A DNA stretch of 64,000 nt from Candidatus Methylomirabilia bacterium (GCA_041496385.1 JBGQEL010000009.1:1-64000); one strand, 5' to 3'. Shown: positions 10,282-18,957, counted from the first letter of the stretch. Notes: generated from the letters alone by a model not told the origin. Numbers and translations are program-made.

Positions 10282-10961
10282 AGGAGGATGCCTTCGAGGT
10301 CTTTCAGCGAGTGGATCACGCGGTCGTCGCGGCAGCAGGGGTGGGCGTCCGGGGCGCCGGGGCCGGCGAGCCAGATGTGACGCATCCCGACGCCGCGCGC
10401 GCCGGCCATGTCACGCGGCAGCGAGTCGCCCACGAAGATCGCCGCGGCCGCCTCGACGCCGAGCGCGGCGAGGGCGTGGCGGAAGATGCGCGGGTCGGGC
10501 TTCACGCAGCCGGCGAGCGTCGAATCCACGATGACGCCGAACCAGCGGCGGAGCCCCACGTCGTCGCAGACCCGCTCGAGGTTGCCGTAGAAATTCGAGA
10601 CGATCCCGAGCCGATAGCGCCGCGCGAGCCGCTCCAGCAGCGAGGCGTGCTCGCGCGCGTGCTCGAGGGTCGCGTCGAGAAACCGCCGCGCGACGCGCGG
10701 CGGGACGGCGGGATCCGTGACGCCGATCCCGAGGGCGACACCGGTCACGAGGCGGCCGACGGTCTCGGCCAGCGGGAGCGTCGCTGGGACCGCGCCGACG
10801 AGCGCGTCGTCGGCCGCGTAGAAGGCCGGATCGAATCGCTCCGGCGCAACGGCGATGCCTTCGTCCACGAAGAGACGATGGACGCGCTCCTTCCAGGGGA
10901 TCCCGTCGGCGTCCAGGGTCCCCCCGAAATCGAACAGCACGGCCGCGGAGTGCGCGTCCAA
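10278..10961 (-). CDS. HAD-superfamily hydrolase (phosphatase)
   Basis: VLFDFGGTL, IVSNFYG, KPDPRIF, FVGDSLPRDM. Confidence 0.92.
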   Translation of the reverse strand: MDAHSAAVLFDFGGTLDADGIPWKERVHRLFVDEGIAVAPERFDPAFYAADDALVGAVPATLPLAETVGRLVTGVALGIGVTDPAVPPRVARRFLDATLEHAREHASLLERLARRYRLGIVSNFYGNLERVCDDVGLRRWFGVIVDSTLAGCVKPDPRIFRHALAALGVEAAAAIFVGDSLPRDMAGARGVGMRHIWLAGPGAPDAHPCCRDDRVIHSLKDLEGILL

Positions 10962-10974
10962 GTACGCGTGAAGT

Positions 10975-11331
10975 TGGTGGAGGCGGTGGGAATCGAACCC
11001 ACGTCCGAAGACCCTCAGCCGCAGGCGTCTACGTCGATATCCGGTTAATCTTACGACTCTCTCGCCCTTCGGTCCTCCATCCGGCAGGAGGGCCGCGGGG
11101 CCAGCCTCATATGTCTCGCCCTTCCCCTGAGGCGAAGTTCGGGGCCAGCCACCAGAGTATGATGCCGGTTCCCAGGCCCTGATGGCTCGACCTGGCCGAC
11201 ACTGGCGGGTGTTAAGCCGCCAGAGCTAGCTGGTTGTCGGCAGCTATACCGTTCTCTCTATTTAACGAGGGGAGAGAAACCTCGAGACGCAGCCTGGACC
11301 TCGCTGATCCCCGTCGAAACCTGTCGCCCCC
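10975..11331 (-). ncRNA. ssrA: tmRNA; tag reading frame (A)ADNQLALAA* at 11241..11212
   Basis: 5' GGGGGCGACAGGTTTCGAC and 3' GGTTCGATTCCCACCGCCTCCACCA; tag ends in LAA; adjacent to smpB. Confidence 0.97.
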
Positions 11332-11354
11332 TCCTTTGGAACACCCGCCGCGCG

Positions 11355-11843
11355 CTACCACTGACCTCGGCGACCTTCGCGTGCGGCCTTGTCCATCTCG
11401 CGCTTCACCTCACGCTCGCGAATGGCCGAGCGCTTGTCGTGAAGCTTTCGGCCGCGCGCCAGACCCAGCTCGATCTTCGCGCGGCCGTGCGTAAAGTATA
11501 GACGAAGGGGCACCAGGGTCAAACCTCGCTCGGCGATCTTGCCCGTGAGGCGGGCGAGCTCCCGCCGGTGCAGCAGGAGCTTTCGGTCCCGTTCCGGGTC
11601 GTGGTTGGCGTCGGTGCCGTGGCTGTACGGGCTGATGTGGCAGCCGAGGAGCCAGCCCTCGTCGTTCCGGACCGTCGCGTAGGAGTCCTTGAAGTTCACC
11701 AGCCCGGCGCGCAGCGACTTCACCTCGGTGCCGCGCAGGACGAGCCCCGCCTCGACCGTCTCGAGGATCTCGTACTCGTGCCGCGCGCGCCGGTTCGTCG
11801 CGACGGTGCGATCGCCCCCGGTCTCCCTCGCTTGACTTGGCAT
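11355..11843 (-). CDS. smpB: SsrA-binding protein
   Basis: VATNRRARHEY, EAGLVLRGTEVKSLR, RKLLLHRRE, GRKLHDKR. Confidence 0.97.
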   Translation of the reverse strand: MPSQARETGGDRTVATNRRARHEYEILETVEAGLVLRGTEVKSLRAGLVNFKDSYATVRNDEGWLLGCHISPYSHGTDANHDPERDRKLLLHRRELARLTGKIAERGLTLVPLRLYFTHGRAKIELGLARGRKLHDKRSAIREREVKREMDKAAREGRRGQW

Positions 11844-11859
11844 ACCCGGAAGGTATTAT
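11832..11859 (+). promoter_or_regulatory. Putative sigma70 promoter for tRNA-Leu, overlapping smpB start
   Basis: TTGACT-N16-TATTAT just upstream of tRNA. Confidence 0.55.
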
Positions 11860-11875
11860 GACTGACGCTGCTCGG

Positions 11876-11962
11876 GCCGAAGTGGCGGAATTGGCAGACG
11901 CGCTAGATTCAGGGTCTAGTGCCCGCAAGGGTGTCGGGGTTCGAGTCCCCGCTTCGGCACCA
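11876..11962 (+). tRNA. tRNA-Leu(CAG)
   Basis: GCCGAAG acceptor, anticodon arm CTAGA-TT-CAG-GG-TCTAG, long variable arm, encoded CCA. Confidence 0.96.
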
Positions 11963-12010
11963 TCCCCGACCGCGAACGAAGGAAACTTCGAACGGACGCG
12001 CGCGCGCGCG

Positions 12011-12244
12011 CTAAGGTATCGTCACTATCGCGTAGGACGTGAGCTTCAGCTGCGCGTCCACGTGGGGCCGCTCCCGACGATCCGTCTGACGGCGCTCGGC
12101 GTCCACGCCGAGCGGGTTCCGCCGGCGGTCGCCGAATCGACGGTTCAAGAGCACCTCGACCTCGGGCTCGCTCTTGAATTCCGCCTGGAGGTAGCCGGCC
12201 AGGTCCTGACTGTCGCGGGCGACGAGGAACAAGTGTCTCGGCAT
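12011..12244 (-). CDS. Small hypothetical protein with repeated (D/E/N)RR motifs
   Basis: MPRHLFLVARD...LLNRRFGDRRRN...ERRQTDRRERP; GAGG RBS upstream. Confidence 0.65.
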   Translation of the reverse strand: MPRHLFLVARDSQDLAGYLQAEFKSEPEVEVLLNRRFGDRRRNPLGVDAERRQTDRRERPHVDAQLKLTSYAIVTIP

Positions 12245-12339
12245 TGGGTCCTCAACGAAACTGTAGTCAAAGTGCGGCGTGTTCGCAACGAAAAGCCGAT
12301 CGTGTGTAAGAAATCCTGACACCGCCCGCGGAGCCCACC

Positions 12340-12732
12340 ATGAACGACATCACAGAGCTCGACCGGCATCACTACATGAGCCTCGCGACGTTCCGTCGCA
12401 GCGGGGCCGAGGTGAAGACCCCGGTGTGGTTTGCCGCGGTCGACGGCCGACTCTACGTGTTCACGGCCGGCGAGTCGGGCAAGGTCAAGCGGTTGCGCCA
12501 TTCCGCCCGGGCGCGCGTCGCCCCCTCGGACGCGCGCGGTCGGCTGCGCGGGCCCTGGTGTGACGCGGCCGCGCGCATCGTGACCGAGCCTGGGTTGATC
12601 GCACGGGCGCGCACGGGGCTGCGGGCGAAGTACAGGTGGCGGATGCGGCTCACCGATCTCTTCTCGCGGCTCGCGGGGCGCATCCAGCGCCGCGCGTGGA
12701 TCGAAATCGAGGTGGGACCCGTCGGCGGCTAG
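12340..12732 (+). CDS. PPOX-class (split beta-barrel) probable F420/flavin-dependent oxidoreductase
   Basis: YMSLATFRRSGAEVKTPVWFA, SGKVKRLR, LRAKY. Confidence 0.88.
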   Translation: MNDITELDRHHYMSLATFRRSGAEVKTPVWFAAVDGRLYVFTAGESGKVKRLRHSARARVAPSDARGRLRGPWCDAAARIVTEPGLIARARTGLRAKYRWRMRLTDLFSRLAGRIQRRAWIEIEVGPVGG

Positions 12733-13691
12733 AGGCTCACCGTCCGGCCGAGCTGCGAGGCGCGGGCGACGGCCTCGACGACCGCGAGCGCTTGCACGCC
12801 CGCACCGGCAGGGACCGGGTTCGGCGCCCGGCCCTCGCACGCGGCGAGAAACGCGGCGAGCTCGACCTTGAGCGGCTCCTCCCCGAGCACCGGCAGCTCC
12901 TCCTTGCCTGCGTCGACGGCTTCCCAGGCCGGCCCCTTCCGCCGAAACTCACCCTGGTAGAGCGTCACCGACGAGCTTCCGTAGTCGGCGACGAGACTTC
13001 CACGCTCCCCCACGATCACGCACTCGCGGTGTGTACCCGGGGCGAAGTAGTTGGCCTCGACGACCGTCGGGATGTCGCCGTAGTGGACGATCGCCAGCGA
13101 CATATCGTCGAGGCCGCGCCCGAGAAAGTCCCGCTGGACGGCGGCGACACTCGTCGCTTCCCGCTCGAAGAGGTGTGCGAACAGGTCGAAGTAGTGGATC
13201 GCGTCGGTCTGGGTGACGCCGACGTCGGTGCGCGGCCGCTTGAACCCGCAGAAGCGTCCCGTCGCATAGCGCACGGGACCGACACGCCCGGCCTGGAGCG
13301 CCTGGCGCAGCGTCGCGGTCACCGGATGGAATCGAAAGATGTGGCCGACCTGGACGACGCGGGCCGCCGCGCGGGCCGCCGCCTCGAGCGCCTGGCCTTC
13401 CGCGACCGTCGCGGTGATGGGCTTCTCGATGAAGCAGTGGAGGCCGGCCGTGAGGCATTCGCCCGCGATCGTCCGGTGGCTGTCGGCCGGCGTCACGATG
13501 TCAGCCGCGGCGACGTGCGCCAGCGCCGCACGATAGTCGGTGATCGCGCGTCCCCCGTCCACCCCCTGCTTGACGGCCCACGCGAGCCGTTCCGGCGACA
13601 GATCGGCCACCCAGAGCGTCACGCCGAGCTCGCGCAGCACGCGCAGGTGCTTCTCGCCCCAGCGGCCGAGGCCGACGAGGAGGACGTTCAC
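12729..13691 (-). CDS. Gfo/Idh/MocA-family oxidoreductase (nucleotide-sugar dehydrogenase-like)
   Basis: LLVGLGRWG, HCFIEKPI, QVGHIFRFHP, DAIHYFD; GTG start overlaps GT2 stop. Confidence 0.9.
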   Translation of the reverse strand: MNVLLVGLGRWGEKHLRVLRELGVTLWVADLSPERLAWAVKQGVDGGRAITDYRAALAHVAAADIVTPADSHRTIAGECLTAGLHCFIEKPITATVAEGQALEAAARAAARVVQVGHIFRFHPVTATLRQALQAGRVGPVRYATGRFCGFKRPRTDVGVTQTDAIHYFDLFAHLFEREATSVAAVQRDFLGRGLDDMSLAIVHYGDIPTVVEANYFAPGTHRECVIVGERGSLVADYGSSSVTLYQGEFRRKGPAWEAVDAGKEELPVLGEEPLKVELAAFLAACEGRAPNPVPAGAGVQALAVVEAVARASQLGRTVSL

Positions 13692-14416
13692 GGGTCGGCG
13701 CCCAGGCTCTCCGTCACCTCGTAGCGGAGCCGGCGCGACTTCATCCACCGCACCGCGAGCAGATCGACGAACGCGACGAAGGCGCGATTCATCACGCCGT
13801 ACTTCGACGCGCCGAAACGGCGTCGGCGGTGACGCACGGGGATCTCGATGACGCGATAGCCCTGGGTCCGGAGCAGCGTGGGGATGAAGCGGTGAAACCC
13901 ACGGTAGAGCACGAGCTCGCGCAGGCACTCGCGGCGAAACGCGCGGAAGGTGCAGCCGCTGTCTTGAATCGTCTCCCCGCTGAGCCGGTTCCGCACCTGG
14001 TTCGCGACCCGCGAGGAGATCCGCCGGAGCCAGTCGTCGCCGGCGCCCCGCTCCACGCGCCAGCCGGTCACGGCGTCCCAGGCGTCGAGTTGGGCGAGGA
14101 GCGTGGGGATGTCACGCGGGTCGTTCTGGAGATCCGCGTCCATCACGACGACCCAGCGACCGCGCGTGGCCTTGAAACCCGCGTCGGTCGCCGCGGTCTC
14201 GCCCGCGTTCGTCTTGAGCCGCACCAGGCGCACGCGCGGGTCCGCGTCACGGAACGCGCGAATGATCTCCGCGCTCCGGTCCCGGCTTCCGTCGTCGACG
14301 AAGACGACCTCGCAGGTGAGCCCGAGACCGTCGAGGACACCGGAGAGCTCCTGCCAGAGAGGCGGGAGGCTCTCCTCCTCGTTGTAGACGGGGATGACGA
14401 CGGACAGATCAAGCAT
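13688..14416 (-). CDS. Family 2 glycosyltransferase (polyprenyl-phosphate glycosyltransferase, ArnC/DPM1-like)
   Basis: SVVIPVYNEE, FVDDGSRD, MDADLQNDP, GFHRFIP. Confidence 0.92.
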   Translation of the reverse strand: MLDLSVVIPVYNEEESLPPLWQELSGVLDGLGLTCEVVFVDDGSRDRSAEIIRAFRDADPRVRLVRLKTNAGETAATDAGFKATRGRWVVVMDADLQNDPRDIPTLLAQLDAWDAVTGWRVERGAGDDWLRRISSRVANQVRNRLSGETIQDSGCTFRAFRRECLRELVLYRGFHRFIPTLLRTQGYRVIEIPVRHRRRRFGASKYGVMNRAFVAFVDLLAVRWMKSRRLRYEVTESLGADP

Positions 14417-15002
14417 CGGGCTCGCCCTTGGCCGCTCGGGTGGTCCCCTGCCACTCGGCGACGAGTGTCTGTGGCAGGCCGAGCCGGTCGAGCACCCTCG
14501 CGATCGTGTGATTCACGATGTCGTCGATGTCCTTCGGCCTGTTGTAAAAAGCGGGCATCGGCGGCAGCAGCACCGCACCCATCTCCGCGAGCGCCAGCAT
14601 GCACTTGACGTGGCCCACGTGCAGCGGCGTCTCGCGCAGGAGCAGAATCAGCGGCCGGCCCTCTTTCAGCGTGACGTCGGCCGCGCGCGCGATGAGGGAG
14701 TCGCTGTGGCACGACGCGATCGCGCCCGCCGTCTTGATCGAACAGGGCGCGACCACCATCCCCATCGTGTGGAACGAGCCCGAGGCGATCGAGGCACCGA
14801 TGTCGCGGTTGTCATAGTGGTGCCCCGCCAGCGCCTCGACGTCCTTCGGGGCGTACGCGGTCTCCTCGACGATCGTCCGCTTGCCGGGAGCCGAGATCAC
14901 GAGGTGTGTCTGCACCTCGGCCTGGGCGCGGAGAATCTCGAGGAGGCGGATCCCGTAGATCGAGCCCGTGGCGCCCGTGATGCCGACGACCAGGCGCGTC
15001 AC
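14409..15002 (-). CDS. ubiX: Flavin prenyltransferase
   Basis: VVGITGATGSIYG, IASGS, APCSIKT, RAADVTLKE, RETPL, PPMPAFY. Confidence 0.95.
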   Translation of the reverse strand: MTRLVVGITGATGSIYGIRLLEILRAQAEVQTHLVISAPGKRTIVEETAYAPKDVEALAGHHYDNRDIGASIASGSFHTMGMVVAPCSIKTAGAIASCHSDSLIARAADVTLKEGRPLILLLRETPLHVGHVKCMLALAEMGAVLLPPMPAFYNRPKDIDDIVNHTIARVLDRLGLPQTLVAEWQGTTRAAKGEPDA

Positions 15003-15277
15003 AGCCGGAACCGCTTCCGGAAGACCTCGTCCCGCGTCTTCTGGTAGAGGATCTCCCACTCGCGGCTGCCCTCGGGCACCGGACGCGAATACGACGCCAG
15101 CGTCTTCCGCACCTCGCCGTCGATCGACTCCGCGAGCTTGGCCTCCTCGCTGAGCGCGCGCATCACCTCGGTCCGCACATCGTCCGGCGCCTTCACGTGG
15201 ACGCCCGGCAGGACGCCGAGCTCCTTCACGATCAGGTCGGCCAGGTGGAAGATCCGCTCGCGGCTCATGCGCATCAT
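14999..15277 (-). CDS. DUF507-family protein
   Basis: MRMSRERIFHLA...VPEGSREWEILYQK. Confidence 0.75.
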   Translation of the reverse strand: MMRMSRERIFHLADLIVKELGVLPGVHVKAPDDVRTEVMRALSEEAKLAESIDGEVRKTLASYSRPVPEGSREWEILYQKTRDEVFRKRFRL

Positions 15278-15555
15278 CAGATGACGAACCCCCGCTCGCG
15301 CGCGAGCTTCTCCTTCACCTTGCCGAGGAGCTGCCGGTAGTCGGCCGCCGAATCCTTGATCTGCTTGGCGTGCTCGAGCAGGAGCTTGCGCGCGTCCTCC
15401 TCGAGCTTCTCCTCGGCGACGAGATTGTCGATCACCACGCGGCGTAGCGCGGCGCGCACCGCCGCCTCGTCCTTGATGTCGGCGACCTTCCTCGTCACCA
15501 GCCGCTTCACGACGGCGTCGGCCATGCGCTCTGCAACCGCGTCGTGTCGAGGCAT
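15277..15555 (-). CDS. DUF507-family protein (tandem paralogue)
   Basis: EEKLEEDARKLL...DYRQLLGKVKEKLARERGFVI. Confidence 0.75.
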   Translation of the reverse strand: MPRHDAVAERMADAVVKRLVTRKVADIKDEAAVRAALRRVVIDNLVAEEKLEEDARKLLLEHAKQIKDSAADYRQLLGKVKEKLARERGFVI

Positions 15556-15563
15556 ATTCGTGG

Positions 15564-15593
15564 AGATTACTCTGCCACGACGCAGAGTGTCAA
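15564..15593 (-). promoter_or_regulatory. Putative sigma70 promoter with dyad in spacer
   Basis: TTGACA-N18-TAATCT; spacer region holds ACTCTGC-N6-GCAGAGT inverted repeat. Confidence 0.6.
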
Positions 15594-17092
15594 GAAACCG
15601 ACGGGAGCGAGAACAGCGCGCGCGTGCCGATGCCGCGGGCACTCTCGACCCGGATCCATCCGCCGTGAGCCTCGACGAGTGACTTCACGACGGCGAGCCC
15701 GATGCCGGTCCCGCGTGCGCTGCCCTCCGCCTCGGGGGCGCGATAGTACGGCTCGAAGATTCGGGCGAGCTCGCTCTGCGAAATGCCCTCCCCCTGGTCC
15801 TCGACCTCGATCTCCACCGCTCCGCCCCGCGCCGCGGCGCGCGCCCGAATCCGCACGAGGTGCCCGGGCGGCGAGTACTTCATCGCGTTGGACACGAGGT
15901 TCGTCAGGATGCGCTCGAGCGCGTCCGCGGCCGCGTCGACGTGCGGCAGTCCCGCCTCGTAGCCGACGATGATGGGATGCGTCGCGTTCCCGCGCCTGAA
16001 GACGTCCGCGACGCCGGCGATGACCGCTTCCACCGCCACGGGCGCGCGGCGTAGCGTCGGCGGGAGACCGCGCTCGATGCGCGACAGGTCAAGCAGGTCG
16101 TTGACCATCCGGCCCAGGCGGCGCGCCTCGCCGCGCATGATGCCGGCGAGCCGCGTCACCTCCTCGTGCGGGAGGCGCCGCGCGACGAGCAACTCGCTGA
16201 ATCCCTGGAGCGCCGTGAGCGGTGTCCGGAGCTCGTGCGAAGCGATGGCGACGAACGAGGACTTCGCGCGATCGAGCTCTTCCAGGCGCCGTGTCGCGCT
16301 CGCCACCTTCGCCTCGAGCTCCTCGGCGAAGCGCCGTTGCCGCGAGGTAAGCCGCGCGTTCTCGAGCGCCAGGCCGATGTACGCGCCGAGTCCCTCGAGC
16401 GCGGTGCGCTCGTCGGCGCCGAGCTCGCCCACACGCTCGACGGCGAGGGCGCCGATCGCCGTCCCTCCCGCGAGGAGCGGCGTGACGAACACCCGGCGCG
16501 GCCGCGGGCCGCCCGCCGCGTCCGGCACAAAGACCGGCGTCCCGGTCGCCAGCACCTCGGCGGCGATGGAGCCCGGCGCGACGCTCGCGCCACCGGACAC
16601 GACGAGCCGATCGCCGTCGCGCACCACGAACCCAACGTCGCTCACGGCGAGCCGCGCGGCCAGGACCGCGCGCAGTCTGGCGAGCGCGAGCTCGAGCGGT
16701 CCCGCCGCCGCGAGAGCCCGCTGCGTCGCCAGGATCGTCTCGTATCGCGCGCGCATCCGGCGGACGCGGGTGGCGAGGGCGCCGCCGAGCGTTCCGACCA
16801 GGCCGACGATCCCCAGCGTCACGAGACCCTCGAGCGCCCCGGGCGTGAGCCCCGAGCGCTCGATCTCGGGAAGCACGACCGGCCCCAGGAGCAGCACCGC
16901 CGTCCCCGCCGCCGCCGTGCCGCCAGTCGCGCCCCGCAGGAGCGTCGCGGCAAGGACCGGCACCAGGTACGCGTGCCGGTAGAGCGACACTCCGTCGCTC
17001 TCCTCGATCACGAGCAGCGCCGTCACGGCCGCAAACGCGAGAACCAGCCCCGCGGGCAGGAGCCGGCCGCGCGTCAGCGTGGGCCTCTTCAT
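15590..17092 (-). CDS. Membrane sensor histidine kinase (TM + GAF + HisKA + HATPase)
   Basis: ASHELRTPL H-box, NLVSNAMKYS, DQGEGI, IFEPYYR, GTGIGLAVVK. Confidence 0.93.
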   Translation of the reverse strand: MKRPTLTRGRLLPAGLVLAFAAVTALLVIEESDGVSLYRHAYLVPVLAATLLRGATGGTAAAGTAVLLLGPVVLPEIERSGLTPGALEGLVTLGIVGLVGTLGGALATRVRRMRARYETILATQRALAAAGPLELALARLRAVLAARLAVSDVGFVVRDGDRLVVSGGASVAPGSIAAEVLATGTPVFVPDAAGGPRPRRVFVTPLLAGGTAIGALAVERVGELGADERTALEGLGAYIGLALENARLTSRQRRFAEELEAKVASATRRLEELDRAKSSFVAIASHELRTPLTALQGFSELLVARRLPHEEVTRLAGIMRGEARRLGRMVNDLLDLSRIERGLPPTLRRAPVAVEAVIAGVADVFRRGNATHPIIVGYEAGLPHVDAAADALERILTNLVSNAMKYSPPGHLVRIRARAAARGGAVEIEVEDQGEGISQSELARIFEPYYRAPEAEGSARGTGIGLAVVKSLVEAHGGWIRVESARGIGTRALFSLPSVS

Positions 17093-17895
17093 CGCGGGCC
17101 GAGCAGCCGGTAGGCGCCGAAGAAGACGAGCGCCGCGGCCGCGCCGGGCAGGAGGCTTCCCGAGCGCCAGAACAGCCAGCAGTTCGCGGCGCTCAGGAGC
17201 GTCAAGTAGAAGACCGCGCCGACGACCAGCTCCACGCTCTTCGGCAACAGCGGATCGAGCAGGTAGCGCACGCCGTACGCGGCCGTCGACATCGCGAGCG
17301 CGACGCTGCGCGACCATCGACGCTGCGCGCGGTTGAACAGTGCGCCGCGGAAGAAGGTCTCGGCCGCGGGTACGTTCGCGCCGACATCGTAGGCGGCCGC
17401 GACGAGCACGACATCGAGCGCGTCGAGGCGAAGCTGCACGCCGAACGTGCGCGCCGCCGAGACGAGCAGATGGCCGCCGAGGAAGCCGCCGATCGCCACT
17501 CCGATCGACACGGCCGCCCAGGGTACCGGCCGTGCGAGCCCGAGCGCACCGAGATCGCCGGCCCGCGCACCCCGGATTAGCCAGAGCGGCACGCCGGCGT
17601 ACACCAGGGCGCCCGCCGGATGGAGCGAGGCGGCCGCGGCCGCGACGGCGAGGAGCCCGACTGCCATCAGGCCGGCGCGCGCGCCGGCGCCCGCCCATGC
17701 CAGCGCGGTCGCGAGGAGCGCGCCGTGGGCGGTGGCCACGCCGACGACGCGCATCGCCGCCTCGGGCAGCGCGCCCACCCTGACGGCGACCAGGGTGGTG
17801 AGCGCCGCCGCCGCGAGGGCGCTCAGCAGCCCGATCGGCGTGTCAGCGAAGAGGGAGCGCTCGGGCGGGCGCCGCGGCTCTTCGATCGACCACAT
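17089..17895 (-). CDS. CPBP (Abi/CAAX)-family intramembrane protease-like protein, degenerate motifs
   Basis: Multi-TM; PAAETFFRGALF resembles EExxFRG; RSGSLLP motif. Confidence 0.7.
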   Translation of the reverse strand: MWSIEEPRRPPERSLFADTPIGLLSALAAAALTTLVAVRVGALPEAAMRVVGVATAHGALLATALAWAGAGARAGLMAVGLLAVAAAAASLHPAGALVYAGVPLWLIRGARAGDLGALGLARPVPWAAVSIGVAIGGFLGGHLLVSAARTFGVQLRLDALDVVLVAAAYDVGANVPAAETFFRGALFNRAQRRWSRSVALAMSTAAYGVRYLLDPLLPKSVELVVGAVFYLTLLSAANCWLFWRSGSLLPGAAAALVFFGAYRLLGPR

Positions 17896-18592
17896 GCGGA
17901 CCGGCCAGCGGGAGCTCCCGCGCCAGCTCGAGGAATACGGCAACGACGCGCGCGTCGAGCGTCCGGCCCGCCTGGCGCTGCAGGTAGTCGAGCGCTGCGG
18001 CGACCGGGAGCGCCGCCCGGTACGGACGGTCGGACGTGAGCGCGTCGAAGACGTCGGTCACGGCGACGATCCTCGCGCCCAGGGGGATCACCTCGCCCGC
18101 GAGCCCGTCGGGGTAGCCGCTTCCGTCGTAACGCTCGTGATGATGACGGATCGTCGCCGCGCCCGCGGCGAAGAAGTCGAACGGCGCGACGATCTGGGCG
18201 CCGATGAGCGGGTGCTTGCGCATCTGCGTCCACTCGTCGGGTTCGAGCTCGCCGGGCTTGCGGAGCACGGATTCCGGGACGCCGATCTTGCCGATGTCGT
18301 GCAGCAGCCCCGCCTGGCCGATCGTCTCGGCCTCGGGCGTGGAGAGACCCAGCGCCTGCGCGAGCCTCCCGCTGGCCGCGCCGACGCGCTCGGAGTGCCC
18401 GCGTGTGTACGGGTCTTTCGCCTCGAGCGCGTTCGCGAGTCCGAGGAGCGACTGGTAGATGGAGCGCTGGACCTGCTGGTAGAGGCGTCGCACGTCTTCC
18501 GCGTACCGGAGCGTTTGCTGATACGCGGCGTTGAGCCGACGGTATGCGGCCGCCAGGTCTTCGCCGGCGACGGGCGCTAGTCGCGTCGCCAA
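17843..18592 (-). CDS. HD-GYP domain protein (putative cyclic-dinucleotide phosphodiesterase)
   Basis: KDPYTRGHSERV, LLHDIGKIG, HHHERYDGSGYPDGL. Confidence 0.93.
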   Translation of the reverse strand: MATRLAPVAGEDLAAAYRRLNAAYQQTLRYAEDVRRLYQQVQRSIYQSLLGLANALEAKDPYTRGHSERVGAASGRLAQALGLSTPEAETIGQAGLLHDIGKIGVPESVLRKPGELEPDEWTQMRKHPLIGAQIVAPFDFFAAGAATIRHHHERYDGSGYPDGLAGEVIPLGARIVAVTDVFDALTSDRPYRAALPVAAALDYLQRQAGRTLDARVVAVFLELARELPLAGPHVVDRRAAAPARALPLR

Positions 18593-18957
18593 ACGGGCGC
18601 CTGCGGCAGGAGCGTTTCGACCAGCGACAGTAGGCGCACGGGAGAGAACGGCTTCGTCAGGTAGTGGTCGGCGCCCGCCGCCAGACCCCGCGCGACGTCG
18701 GCCTCCTGCGCGGCGGCGGTGAGCATGACGATCTTCACCGGCGCGCCTCGCTTCCGGAGCCGCGCGCAGACCTCGAGACCGCTCACGTCGGGCAGGTGCA
18801 CGTCGAGCAGGATCAGGTCGGGGTTGAGCGCCTCGGCGCGAGCGAGCGCGGACGTGCCGTCGTGCGCCACGACCACCGTCACGCGCTCATCCTCGAGCGT
18901 CAGTCGTACGAGCTCGACGATGTGGGGCTCGTCGTCGGCTACGAGAATCGTCGGCAT
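18577..18957 (-). CDS. Single-domain response regulator (REC)
   Basis: ILVADDE, LILLDVHLPDVSG, MLTA, YLTKPFS. Confidence 0.93.
   Translation of the reverse strand: MPTILVADDEPHIVELVRLTLEDERVTVVVAHDGTSALARAEALNPDLILLDVHLPDVSGLEVCARLRKRGAPVKIVMLTAAAQEADVARGLAAGADHYLTKPFSPVRLLSLVETLLPQAPVWRRD

Noticed and set aside
10975..12340. Prophage or integrative element at tmRNA/tRNA-Leu
   Set aside because: No integrase, transposase or duplicated 3' att sequence visible
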